64,000 nt of DNA from NCBI GenBank assembly GCA_963822965.1, contig CAWGJT010000014.1:430288-494287 (forward strand), read 5' to 3'. Both the position numbers and the translations under genes were made by a program. Below the pieces are notes generated by a model that ran no database searches, was not told the origin of the DNA, and was given only the letters and a program-made list of their open reading frames with translations. Position 1 is the stretch's first letter, and each line of letters starts with the position of its first letter. The stretch comes from an uncultured delta proteobacterium. GTDB taxonomy: Bacteria > Myxococcota_A > UBA9160 > UBA4427. Positions 22,105 through 31,092 of the stretch are shown piece after piece.

Positions 22105-23590
22105 CGACGGGCCCCGCCCGCGGCGCCGGGGGAAGGGGCGGGGCGCTCGCGCGCGGGGCGGGCTGGCTCGCCCTGGCCGCCGCCGCCTTCGCCTTCTCGG
22201 CGTTCTACAGCGACCTCGCACCGTGCGGAAACTGGTCGAACCGCATCTTCGGCCAGCCGGCCTGGAGCGAGGACGACCCGGGCGCCTTCTACGTGGCGTC
22301 GGCGCACGAGCTCGAGTGGGGGACGACGCCGCTCTTCGTCGGGCACCCGGGTGCCACGCTGACGCCCCTGCTGTGGGGGGGCCAGCGCCTCCTCTACGTC
22401 GAGGGCGCGCCCGACGGCATCTCGTTCGAGCGCTTCACGGCCCAGAACCTGGCGACCGTCTTCCTCGCGTCCAAGCTGCTGATGACGTTGCTGCACGGGA
22501 TCTCGCTCGTCGCCCTCTACTGGCTGGCGAAGTCGTTGCTGGGCAGTCGGCGCGGCGCCAGCTTCGCGGTGCTCGGCTACGCCACCTCGCTGCCCGTCCT
22601 GTACTCGCTCTCCCGCATCTCGGTCGAGCCGCTGATGATCACCTTCCTGGCGTTGGCCTTCGTGGCCGTCTGGCGCTCCCAGGAGCTCGCCGTCCGCGAG
22701 CGACGCGGCGAAGCGCTCGCGTGGGCCGGGGGAGCCGGCGTCGCCGCCGTCTCATGAGCAAGCTGAGCTTCCTGGGCCCGCTGCCCTTCTTCCTGGCGCT
22801 CTGCCTCGTCGTCGGACCCCGCCCCGAGCCGTCCGGGGGCGGCATCGAGCCACGCAGCCGGCGCCTCGCCCTGGCGGTCTTCGTGGTCGCGAGTCTGCCG
22901 GCTCTCGCCGTCTACTCGGGCATCGTCGACTGGTCCCGGTTCTACTCGGTCTGGCGTCCCGCCGTGGCGCAGAGGGGGGAGGGTGGACGCTGTCGGACTG
23001 GGTGCCGGGCCTCGGTGCCCACGCGATCTTCCCGGCCAGCGAGCTCGGCTTCTGCATCGCCTCGGCCGCGGGCGCGGTGCTCTTCCTGCGGCGGCAGCGT
23101 CCCGAGCGAGGGCGGGCGCTCTGGCTGCTCGGCTACGGGGTCTGGGGGCTCGCGCTCTGGGCCTACCGGGTGGCGCTGCAGGGGGACTTCCTGCCGTTCC
23201 ACTATTTCTTCGTCGCCCAGGCCGTCCTTGCCGTCTTCTTCGGCCATCTCACGGTCGAGCTCGGGCGCAGGCTGGGTCGCCTCGCCACGGGCTGGCGCGG
23301 TGCCGTGCTGGGCCTGGCCTGGCTGTCGGTCCTCCACGGCCTGGCCCTCGTCGCGGTGGTGGACTCCCGGCGGGCCGACGCGTCGGAGTTCGCGGCGATG
23401 CGCGACGTCTATCCGCTGCTGGCGCGGCTCGGCCCCCTGGACCGGATCGGCGTCGAGCGCCCGCCCGGCGCGCGGGCGGTGACACCGGCCCAGCTCACGC
23501 TGAGGCCCATGGCCAGGGAGTGCGCGGGTCGCCGTCGCGGCGCGGTGTCCGCAGAAGCCGCTGCTCGTCCTCATCCGTCGATGCGTTCGC
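22101..23590 (+). CDS. GT-C (PMT/ArnT-like) membrane glycosyltransferase, frameshifted; end uncertain
   Basis: EDD in first loop, GHPG, SVEP and SKLS, many TMs spread over three frames; GTGA overlap with the upstream gene. Confidence 0.55.
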
Positions 23591-24247
23591 TCACTCGGTC
23601 GACCCCGCCGGCTCCTTCCGGGGGGCCAGGGGCTGCGCCAAGCCGAGGATGCGGCACGGATCCGTGATGCTGCCGAACCAGACCACGTCCGGCGTTTCCC
23701 GCTTGTACTGCATGGTGGCACCGCCCTGCTCGATGTAGGTCTGGCAGGCCGGGGCGTTGGGCAGGAAGGCGACCGCGTCGTGGCCGCCGGGGAGGTAGAC
23801 CAGGGCGGTCAGCGGGAGGTTTCCGCGCACCGCCACCACGTCGGCATCCCGGTAGATCTCCCGGAAGGTCGCGGGTGCGCTGGGCAGGATGGGAAGGTCC
23901 AGGGGGACCGGGTTCCGGCGCACCCAGGACTTGATCCGGCCGATGCCCACGGGCACGCACCGGAGGTCGCCCTGCTCGAGGGTTCCCAGCGGTCCTCGCT
24001 TCCGGTAGAGCGTCTCGCTGCCCTCGACGAGCATCGTCCGGCAGTCCGGGGTCGGCTCGAAGTAGAAGCCCAGGGTCTCGTCGTCGCGCGTGAGGGCCGC
24101 GGACAGGTACCCGGCGCGCTCCGCCACGTCGTGGATCGTCGAGGGTCGCGGAGCGGGCAGCAGGAAGCAGCCCGCCAGCACGAGCGCGACCAGCGGCAAG
24201 GCGACCGCGGGGTGCGGTGCGAAGCCGCGGGGACGGGAGCCGTTCAT
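23591..24247 (-). CDS. Hypothetical lipoprotein
   Basis: LVALVLAGC lipobox; four further Cys. Confidence 0.6.
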   Translation of the reverse strand: MNGSRPRGFAPHPAVALPLVALVLAGCFLLPAPRPSTIHDVAERAGYLSAALTRDDETLGFYFEPTPDCRTMLVEGSETLYRKRGPLGTLEQGDLRCVPVGIGRIKSWVRRNPVPLDLPILPSAPATFREIYRDADVVAVRGNLPLTALVYLPGGHDAVAFLPNAPACQTYIEQGGATMQYKRETPDVVWFGSITDPCRILGLAQPLAPRKEPAGSTE

Positions 24248-24266
24248 CCGGCCGTCACGCGCGGGC

Positions 24267-25475
24267 TCAATCGAGCCCGAAGAGGCGCCGGCGGGCGGCC
24301 TCGTCGGCGGGGGCCCGGGGCCCGGAGATCGGAGTGTCCGGGAGCCGGGTCGGGTCCTGCAGGATGCGGGGGAGCGCGATGCCCCGGCGTGCGTCCGCCT
24401 CGGCGCCCGGCTCGAGGAACAGGTCCGTATACCAGCCGTCGCAGCCGTGACAGGCCGCATAGCCCCGGTCGTGCTCCGCCGCGAACGCGTGCCCCGCCTC
24501 GTCCCAGCGGTCGTCCGCCAGCAGGCACTCGCTCAGGACGCGCACGTCGCGCATCGTGAGCGACATCCCCTGACCCCAGGTGGGGTCGCTCGTGGCGGCG
24601 GCATCTCCGATCAGGGCGATGCCGTCCCGGTAGGGGTGATCGACCCAGTTGTCCGTGGCGTCGAAGGTCGCCAGCGGACCGGCCGCACGGCACCCGTCGA
24701 AGTACTCCTTCGGCACCCCGAGCCCGATGGACGTTTCGGCGAAGCGCGCGAGGTCGCGCTTGCCCGACAGGGGCGCGTAGCCCGATCGGGAATCGAAGCC
24801 CACGTACGCGCGCACGCGGCCCCCGCCCTGCGGGAAGAGCCAGCTCATGGAGCCTTGGGAAGGCGCGAAGCGGGAATGCAGGGTGTCCTCCGGCGCCGGC
24901 ATGTCGTCCAGCAGCACGCCGGCGAACGAGCGCCGGTGGAGGTCTTCGCGCACCGGGAAGCCGCCCCACCGCCGAGCGGAAGAGCCCCGACCGTCGGCGC
25001 CCACCACCAGGCGGGCCGTTGCGTGGTGCGTCTCGCCGGCCCGCTCGAAGGTGACCGTGGGCGCCTCTCCGGGTGCGACGTCGACGACGGTGGCGCCGCG
25101 AAGAACCTCGGCGCCGGCCCCGATCGCCTCCTCGAGCACCAGCCGTTGCATGTCGGGATGGAAGAACGTGATCACGGGAACCCGCAGGTCCGAGGACTCG
25201 ACGAGGTCGCGCGTCAGGGCGCGGACGCCGTTGAAGTCGACGGACCAGTAGCGCAGCTCGTGCCCGTGGCGATCGACGAGTGCATCGAGCAGGCCGAGCT
25301 TCGCCGCCTCGGCGCATCCCCACGGTACGAGCACCTCGCCCCGCACTCGATCCCTGAACTCGCGGCTGCGTTCGAGCACGAGGACACGCGCGCCCGCCCG
25401 GCTCATCACCGCCGCCAGTGCGGCGCCCCCGAGTCCACCGCCAACCGTGATCAGGTCGTATCGATCCGTCGCCAA
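24267..25475 (-). CDS. FAD-dependent monooxygenase (group A; squalene-epoxidase/UbiH-like)
   Basis: VGGGLGG, DRVRGEVLVPWG, GADGR and LIGDAA...PTWGQGM; AAGGAG RBS before TTG. Confidence 0.8.
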   Translation of the reverse strand: MATDRYDLITVGGGLGGAALAAVMSRAGARVLVLERSREFRDRVRGEVLVPWGCAEAAKLGLLDALVDRHGHELRYWSVDFNGVRALTRDLVESSDLRVPVITFFHPDMQRLVLEEAIGAGAEVLRGATVVDVAPGEAPTVTFERAGETHHATARLVVGADGRGSSARRWGGFPVREDLHRRSFAGVLLDDMPAPEDTLHSRFAPSQGSMSWLFPQGGGRVRAYVGFDSRSGYAPLSGKRDLARFAETSIGLGVPKEYFDGCRAAGPLATFDATDNWVDHPYRDGIALIGDAAATSDPTWGQGMSLTMRDVRVLSECLLADDRWDEAGHAFAAEHDRGYAACHGCDGWYTDLFLEPGAEADARRGIALPRILQDPTRLPDTPISGPRAPADEAARRRLFGLD

Positions 25476-25498
25476 CGGCTCTCCTTGCGCTACCGCGC

Positions 25499-25963
25499 TC
25501 ACTCGCGATAGCGCGCCCACGCCCCGCGGAAGACCAGCCACATCGCGACCAGAACCGCGACGATGGCGACCATGAACAGGAGGAAGACGAGGCTGTTCCA
25601 GCCGAGCCCGGTGAAGGACAGACCGCGGGAGCCGGAGAGCGGCCCGATGAAGCTGGCGACGACGTTTCCCCACGCGCAGACGAGCAGGCCCCATGCGACC
25701 CAGCGGGCCGCGCTCTCGCTCAGGCGGAGCTGGGAGCCGGCCGCGGAGACGCCGATCAGCAGCAGCCCGTTCAGGATTCCCTCGAGGTGCGCCATGCGCC
25801 AGCCCCGGTAGTCCCCGGGCATCTGGACGTCGAGGGAGCCCGGAATCGGCCAGAGCTCCACTCGTCCCAGGATGTGGAACGCGAAGGGGAATCCCGCGAC
25901 CATTCCGGCCAGGAAGACGAGGGCTCCGTGGGCGAGCAGTAGCGCGCGGAGGCGTTGGGGCAT
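25499..25963 (-). CDS. Styrene-oxide isomerase (StyC)-like four-TM membrane protein
   Basis: HG near N-terminus, WPIPG, PG...GWRMAHLEGILNG, WGNV and RGLSF match my recollection of the StyC pattern. Confidence 0.7.
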   Translation of the reverse strand: MPQRLRALLLAHGALVFLAGMVAGFPFAFHILGRVELWPIPGSLDVQMPGDYRGWRMAHLEGILNGLLLIGVSAAGSQLRLSESAARWVAWGLLVCAWGNVVASFIGPLSGSRGLSFTGLGWNSLVFLLFMVAIVAVLVAMWLVFRGAWARYRE

Positions 25964-25968
25964 CTGCC

Positions 25969-26047
25969 CATTCTAGGCCCGCCGTGGGGCTGCGTCTCCA
26001 AGATTTCCTTCGCACCACCCCCGGTCCGTCGCGGTTCGCCTAGAATG
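25969..26047. promoter_or_regulatory. Divergent promoters with symmetric TAGAAT -10 boxes
   Basis: CATTCTAGGC (25969-25978) and GCCTAGAATG (26038-26047) are exact reverse complements. Confidence 0.5.
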
Positions 26048-26090
26048 CGAGGACGCGAGCCTCCCCGTAGCCAGAACCCAGGAGAAACCC

Positions 26091-27860
26091 ATGCGACAGC
26101 TCCGCTGCCTCCCTTTGCTAGGTGTCCCGATCGCTCTCGTACTCGGGGCTCTCGCTGGGACTCCAGCGTCCGCGCAGGTGGAGGGGCCCGCCGAGATCCA
26201 GCTCGCCCCGCTACCCACCCACTGGACGGCCAAGAAGCCCGCGGGTCACGGCGCCGGTCCCGTGACCGATGCCATGCTCGAGGATCCGTTCGCCCAGGGC
26301 GCGCAGTGGCTCCACTACGGCGGGACCTACCGCAACTTCCGCCACAGCCCGCTCGAGACGCTGACGCCGGCGAGCGTCCCGAAGCTCCAGGTGGCCTGGG
26401 CGTTCAGCACCGGGACGAACGGGCAGTTCGAAGTCTCCCCGGTGCTGTACGACGGGGTCCTCTACGTCACCTCTTCGTACAACCGCCTCTTCGCCCTCGA
26501 CGCCAAGACGGGAGCCCTGCTCTGGCGCTACGACCACCAGAACGGTCCGAACCTGCCGCTGTGCTGCGGCCCCGCGAATCGCGGCGTCGCGATCACGGGC
26601 AACCTCGTGCTGATGGCGACGCTCGACGCCCACCTCATCGCCTTCGACCGCCGGACGGGCGAGATCGCCTGGAACACGGTGATCGTCGACTACACGAAGG
26701 GCTTCACCGCCACGTCGGCCCCGCTCGTCGTGGGAGACCTGGCCTACATCGGCATCGCGGGCGGCGAGTACGGGGTCCGCGGCTTCGTGGACGCCTACCA
26801 GACGAAGACCGGCAAGCGGGTATTCCGTCACTACACCATCCCCGCCGCGGGCGAGCCCGGCGCCGACACCTGGTCCGGCGATTCGTACGAGCGAGGCGGC
26901 GCGCCCGCGTGGACGACGGGGGCCTACGACGAGGAGACGGACACCCTCTTCTGGACCACCGGCAATCCGTCCCCCGATTGGAACGGGGACGAGCGGCTGG
27001 GCGACAACCTCTATTCGAACTCGCTCCTGGCCCTCGATCCGAAGACCGGCAAGCAGAAGTGGTTCTTCCAGTTCACGCCCCACGACGTGTGGGACTACGA
27101 CGGCAACAGCCACATCTTCCTCGTGGACACGAAGATCGACGGTAAGCCGCGCAAGCTGATCGTCCAGGCGAACCGGAACGGCTTCTTCTACGTCATCGAC
27201 CGCACGAACGGCGCATTCGTGAAGGCGAAGCCCTATCTCGAGCAGGTCACCTGGGCGACGATCGACCCGAACGGCCGCCCGGTCGTCGACCCCAAGGCGA
27301 TGCCCGCCGAAGAGTCTCCGGCGCGCACCTGTCCCAGCAATCTCGGCGGCACGAACGGCTCCTACACGGGCTCGTTCGATCCGGCGCTCGGGCTCGTCTT
27401 CGTCTCGACCATCGAGTCGTGCCAGGCCTTCGCGAAGGGCATCAGCGTCTACGTCGAGGGCACGCCGTACCTGGGCGGACTGCCCGAGCTGGTGGACGCC
27501 GAGGCGGGCAAGTCCTACGGGAACTTCGTGGCGATCGACGCCACGACCGGAGACGTGAAGTGGCGCGCCCGGGATCCCCACCCGATGATGGCCGGCGCGC
27601 TGAGCACGAAGGGTGGCGTCGTCTTCAGCGGCACCCTCGGCGGGGAGGCCGTCGCCTGGGAGTCGAAGACCGGCAAGGAGCTCTGGCGCTTCCGCATGGG
27701 CGGCGGCGTCCGCAGCCAGCCGATCGCCTACCAGCTCGATGGTCGCACCTACGTCGTCTACGGCTCCGGAAGCTTCGCGACGTTGGACGACTTCGCGGGC
27801 GGGCCCGATCGGATTCCGGAGGGGGGTCACCTCTTCGTCTTCGTGCTGCCCGAAGGTTGA
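26091..27860 (+). CDS. PQQ-dependent alcohol dehydrogenase (methanol/ethanol family)
   Basis: Signal peptide, Trp-docking repeats, vicinal CC, GGEYG, TGNPSP, HDVWDYDG and NRNGFFY. Confidence 0.92.
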   Translation: MRQLRCLPLLGVPIALVLGALAGTPASAQVEGPAEIQLAPLPTHWTAKKPAGHGAGPVTDAMLEDPFAQGAQWLHYGGTYRNFRHSPLETLTPASVPKLQVAWAFSTGTNGQFEVSPVLYDGVLYVTSSYNRLFALDAKTGALLWRYDHQNGPNLPLCCGPANRGVAITGNLVLMATLDAHLIAFDRRTGEIAWNTVIVDYTKGFTATSAPLVVGDLAYIGIAGGEYGVRGFVDAYQTKTGKRVFRHYTIPAAGEPGADTWSGDSYERGGAPAWTTGAYDEETDTLFWTTGNPSPDWNGDERLGDNLYSNSLLALDPKTGKQKWFFQFTPHDVWDYDGNSHIFLVDTKIDGKPRKLIVQANRNGFFYVIDRTNGAFVKAKPYLEQVTWATIDPNGRPVVDPKAMPAEESPARTCPSNLGGTNGSYTGSFDPALGLVFVSTIESCQAFAKGISVYVEGTPYLGGLPELVDAEAGKSYGNFVAIDATTGDVKWRARDPHPMMAGALSTKGGVVFSGTLGGEAVAWESKTGKELWRFRMGGGVRSQPIAYQLDGRTYVVYGSGSFATLDDFAGGPDRIPEGGHLFVFVLPEG

Positions 27861-27864
27861 CCGA

Positions 27865-28245
27865 ATGCCCCGGGCCAGCCTTGCCGTCGTCGTGCTCGCC
27901 TGGGGGGCGGCGATCGGCTGCGCGCGATCGAGCGGCGCGCCGCCCAGCCCGGCGGAGGTCTTCCAGAGCGATCCCGCGGCGCTGCACCGCGGGCGGCTCC
28001 TCTTCACGGGCACGTGTGGCGGCTACTGCCACCCCACGAAGCCCGGGAACCGCGACGCGCCCTACCTGTTCGACTGCAACTGGAAGCACGGCGGGAGCGA
28101 CCTCGAGATCTTCGCGACGATCTCCCAGGGCGTTCCCGGCACGCGGATGCCCGCCTGGGGCGGCAAGCTGCCCGAAGGCGACGAGGACATCTGGAAGGTG
28201 ATCGCCTACCTGCGATCCCAACGGAGCTGCGAGCCCGGGGGCTGA
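27865..28245 (+). CDS. c-type cytochrome lipoprotein (PQQ-ADH partner)
   Basis: AIGC lipobox, CGGYCH, WKHGG, GTRMPAW and IWKVIAYL. Confidence 0.8.
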   Translation: MPRASLAVVVLAWGAAIGCARSSGAPPSPAEVFQSDPAALHRGRLLFTGTCGGYCHPTKPGNRDAPYLFDCNWKHGGSDLEIFATISQGVPGTRMPAWGGKLPEGDEDIWKVIAYLRSQRSCEPGG

Positions 28246-28258
28246 GTCGGGCGCCCGG

Positions 28259-29791
28259 TCAGACCGCCTCGGCCAGGCGCTGCCCGGCGCTCTCGGCCGT
28301 GCGCTTCAGATCCCGCAGCGGCACCTGGTCGTAGACCGAGAGGTCCGGCCGGCGTGTCAGCCACCAGTAGCGGATCGTGCTGCCCGACCAGTTGTTCGTG
28401 ATCCGGCCGGATTCGTTCTTGTACCAGCTGCGGTCGGTCGTCGCCCAGACGGACGTCGCGAGCTCCTTCTGGATCCGCTCGTTGTAGGCCTTCATCACCT
28501 CCGGACGCAGGTCGATGGTTCCGATCTGCTCGTCGAAGAGCTGCTGGATGGCCGCCACGATGTAGTTGGCCTGGCACTCGATCATGAAGATGATCGAGTT
28601 GTGCCCCAGGTTGGTGTTGGGCCCGTACATCATGAAGAAGTTGGGGAAGCCCGCGACGGTCATGCCCAGGTACGCGACCGGCTCGTCCTTCCACTCGTCG
28701 CGCAGGGAACGTCCGTCCAGGCCTTCGATCTTCATGGGCGCCAGGAAGGAGGTCGAGTCGAAGCCCGTGGCCAGGACGAGCGCGTCGACCCGGCGGGTCT
28801 TGCCGTCGCGGGTCACGACGCCTTCCGGGGTGACGCGTTCGATGGGGCTCGTGACGAGTTCCACGTTGTCGCGCCGGAGCGCCGGGTAGTAGTCGTCCGC
28901 GAAGAGGATCCGCTTGCCCCCGATCGGGTAGTCGGGGGTCAGCGCCTTGCGGAGCTCCGGATCGGGAATCTGGGCGTTCAGGTCGTCGAGGGCGACCTTC
29001 CTCATGGCGGCCGCCCGGCTTCGATTCTGCCGGAACACCGGGAACATCATCTCGTACTGCGCCCAGGTCTTCCAGCGGTAGAGCTTCGCCAGCCAGGGGA
29101 AGCGCGCGAAGCGGCGCTTCTCGGCTTCCGTGTACTCCCGATCGCCCTTGGGCACCATCCAGTTGGCGCTGCGCTGGAAGACGAAGAGCTGGCCGACCTG
29201 CTTCGCGATCTCGGGGACGAACTGCACCGCGCTCGCTGCGTTGCCGACCACGCCGACGGTCTTTCCCGTGAGGTCGTAGTCGTGGTTCCACTGCGCCGAG
29301 TGGAAGCTCTCGCCCTCGAAGGAGTCCAGCCCCGGAATGTCCGGCAGGATGGGCCGGTTCAGCTGACCGACGCCGCTCACCAGGATGTCGGCCCGGATCT
29401 CTTCGTTCCGCCCGCCCGCCCGGGAGGTGTGGATCAGCCACTGCCCGGCCTCGGCGTCGAAGCGCGCGCTCTCGAGGGCGGTCCCGAACTGGATGTGCGG
29501 GGTCACGCCGTACTTGTCCGCACAGTCCTTCATGTAGGCGAGGATCTCGTCGTGGGGGGACCACAGTCGCGACCAGTCGGTCTTCTGCTCGAAGGAGAAG
29601 CAGTAGGAGATCGAGGGGACGTCGCAGGCGGCGCCGGGGTAGGTGTTCTCGCGCCAGGTTCCCCCCAGCTCGTCGGCCTTCTCGAGGATCGTGAAGGAGT
29701 CGATTCCGGCCAGCTTGAGCTTGATTCCGAGGCAGATCCCCGAGAATCCCGATCCCACGATGATGATCCGGCGCTCGCTCTCATGCGGCAT
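28259..29791 (-). CDS. Baeyer-Villiger monooxygenase
   Basis: GSGFSG, GGTWRENTYPGAACD, FEGESFHSAQW fingerprint and GNAASA. Confidence 0.92.
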   Translation of the reverse strand: MPHESERRIIIVGSGFSGICLGIKLKLAGIDSFTILEKADELGGTWRENTYPGAACDVPSISYCFSFEQKTDWSRLWSPHDEILAYMKDCADKYGVTPHIQFGTALESARFDAEAGQWLIHTSRAGGRNEEIRADILVSGVGQLNRPILPDIPGLDSFEGESFHSAQWNHDYDLTGKTVGVVGNAASAVQFVPEIAKQVGQLFVFQRSANWMVPKGDREYTEAEKRRFARFPWLAKLYRWKTWAQYEMMFPVFRQNRSRAAAMRKVALDDLNAQIPDPELRKALTPDYPIGGKRILFADDYYPALRRDNVELVTSPIERVTPEGVVTRDGKTRRVDALVLATGFDSTSFLAPMKIEGLDGRSLRDEWKDEPVAYLGMTVAGFPNFFMMYGPNTNLGHNSIIFMIECQANYIVAAIQQLFDEQIGTIDLRPEVMKAYNERIQKELATSVWATTDRSWYKNESGRITNNWSGSTIRYWWLTRRPDLSVYDQVPLRDLKRTAESAGQRLAEAV

Positions 29792-29839
29792 GACGACCTC
29801 CTGGTCCCCGTTCCCGTTGGATGGGGTGATAATACCCCA

Positions 29840-30784
29840 TCATCCGACCGCCTTCCGCACCGCGGCGGATGCCTCCGCGAGCATCTTTCGGGCCTCCGCG
29901 CTGATGGCGCTCAGCTGGAAGGACATGTGGGGGAGTCCATTGTAGCGGTGCAGGGTGGTCGCGACTCCCGCCTCCTGCAGGGAGGCCGCGTAGGCCTCTC
30001 CCTCGTCCCGCAAGGGGTCGAGCTCGGCCGTGATGACCAGCGCGGGCGGCAGCCCGGCCAGGGAGGGCGCGAGCAACGGCGACGCCTTGGGCTCCCGACG
30101 TCCCGCGTCGTCCTGCGAGAAGTAGTGCCGCTCGAACCACTCCATCACGTCCAGGGTCAGGAACGGACCTTCGCGGTTCTCGACCCGCGAAGCGAACCCG
30201 CTCGGCGAGCGCAGATCGACCACCGGGTAGACGAGCAGCTGGAAACGGACGGCCGGGCCCCCCGCGTCGCGCGCGAGCTGGGAGACCACCGCTGCGAGGT
30301 TGCCGCCGGCGCTGTCTCCTCCGACCGCCAGCCGCTGGGGATCGCCGCCGAGCGCGGCGGCGTTCTCGCCGACCCATTGCAGGGCGGCGAAAGCGTCCTC
30401 GACCGCCGCCGGATACGGGTGCTCGGGGGCCAGGCGATAGTCGACCGATACGACGAGACAGCCGGCGTCCGCGCACAGCATCCGACACTCGCGATCGTGG
30501 GTATCCAGGTCTCCGATCACCCAGCCGCCGCCGTGGTAGAAGACGAGGACGCCGAAGGGCCCGGAGCCTTGCGGCGTGTAGACGCGAACGGGAATCGCGC
30601 CCGCCGGTCCGGGCACGCGGCGGTCCACCACGGACGCCACTTCCGGTCCGGGGCCGAACATCGCGCCGACGGCCCGGTAGAAGGCCCGCGCCTCCTCGGG
30701 CGTCGAGGCCGCGATGTCGGTGGCGTCGGGGTCCTCGGCCATCTGCTCGACGAGCGAGAGGATCTCGGGATCAAGGGGCATCAC
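29840..30784 (-). CDS. HSL-family esterase/lipase
   Basis: HGGGW, GDSAG, DPLRDEG and H.SF. Confidence 0.93.
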   Translation of the reverse strand: MMPLDPEILSLVEQMAEDPDATDIAASTPEEARAFYRAVGAMFGPGPEVASVVDRRVPGPAGAIPVRVYTPQGSGPFGVLVFYHGGGWVIGDLDTHDRECRMLCADAGCLVVSVDYRLAPEHPYPAAVEDAFAALQWVGENAAALGGDPQRLAVGGDSAGGNLAAVVSQLARDAGGPAVRFQLLVYPVVDLRSPSGFASRVENREGPFLTLDVMEWFERHYFSQDDAGRREPKASPLLAPSLAGLPPALVITAELDPLRDEGEAYAASLQEAGVATTLHRYNGLPHMSFQLSAISAEARKMLAEASAAVRKAVG

Positions 30785-30983
30785 GACCTCGCATGTGCGG
30801 GCCCCGGAATCGGCGGGTCCCAGCCCGCGAGCATATCAGGCTCGAATTTCCGGGGGTTTCCGCCTGCCCGGACCGGGTGCGGCTCCGCGCGCCACGGGTT
30901 CGCGCGGTTCGGGTCTGAATCCCTACGTCGCCAGTCGCCGCTCGTCCGCGGCTGGGGCGGCCCCGCGCGGCGCCCGATTGCGC

Positions 30984-31006
30984 AACAAGCTCGATAATTG
31001 CTTGTT
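30984..31006. promoter_or_regulatory. Candidate operator dyad
   Basis: AACAAGC-N9-GCTTGTT in an AT-rich patch between the divergent esterase and DUF1302-like genes. Confidence 0.45.
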
Positions 31007-31092
31007 CTTGATCCCTTGTCGTGAAATGATCGGCTCGACAGGTGCGCCGCCCTGTATGACCCGCCAGTGCCCAGTGGAAGGAGAACGCCTAC

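Noticed and set aside
25499..25963. Assigning gene symbol styC and a styrene pathway
   Set aside because: The catalytic Tyr appears absent and there is no styA, styB or styD
26091..27860. Calling the PQQ enzyme xoxF, mxaF or pedH
   Set aside because: The clade cannot be determined by eye, and no methylotrophy or pqq genes are nearby
30984..31006. KstR2-type operator (AnCAAGnnCTTGnT)
   Set aside because: Half-sites are similar but the spacing is 11 rather than 2, so it is kept only as a generic dyad
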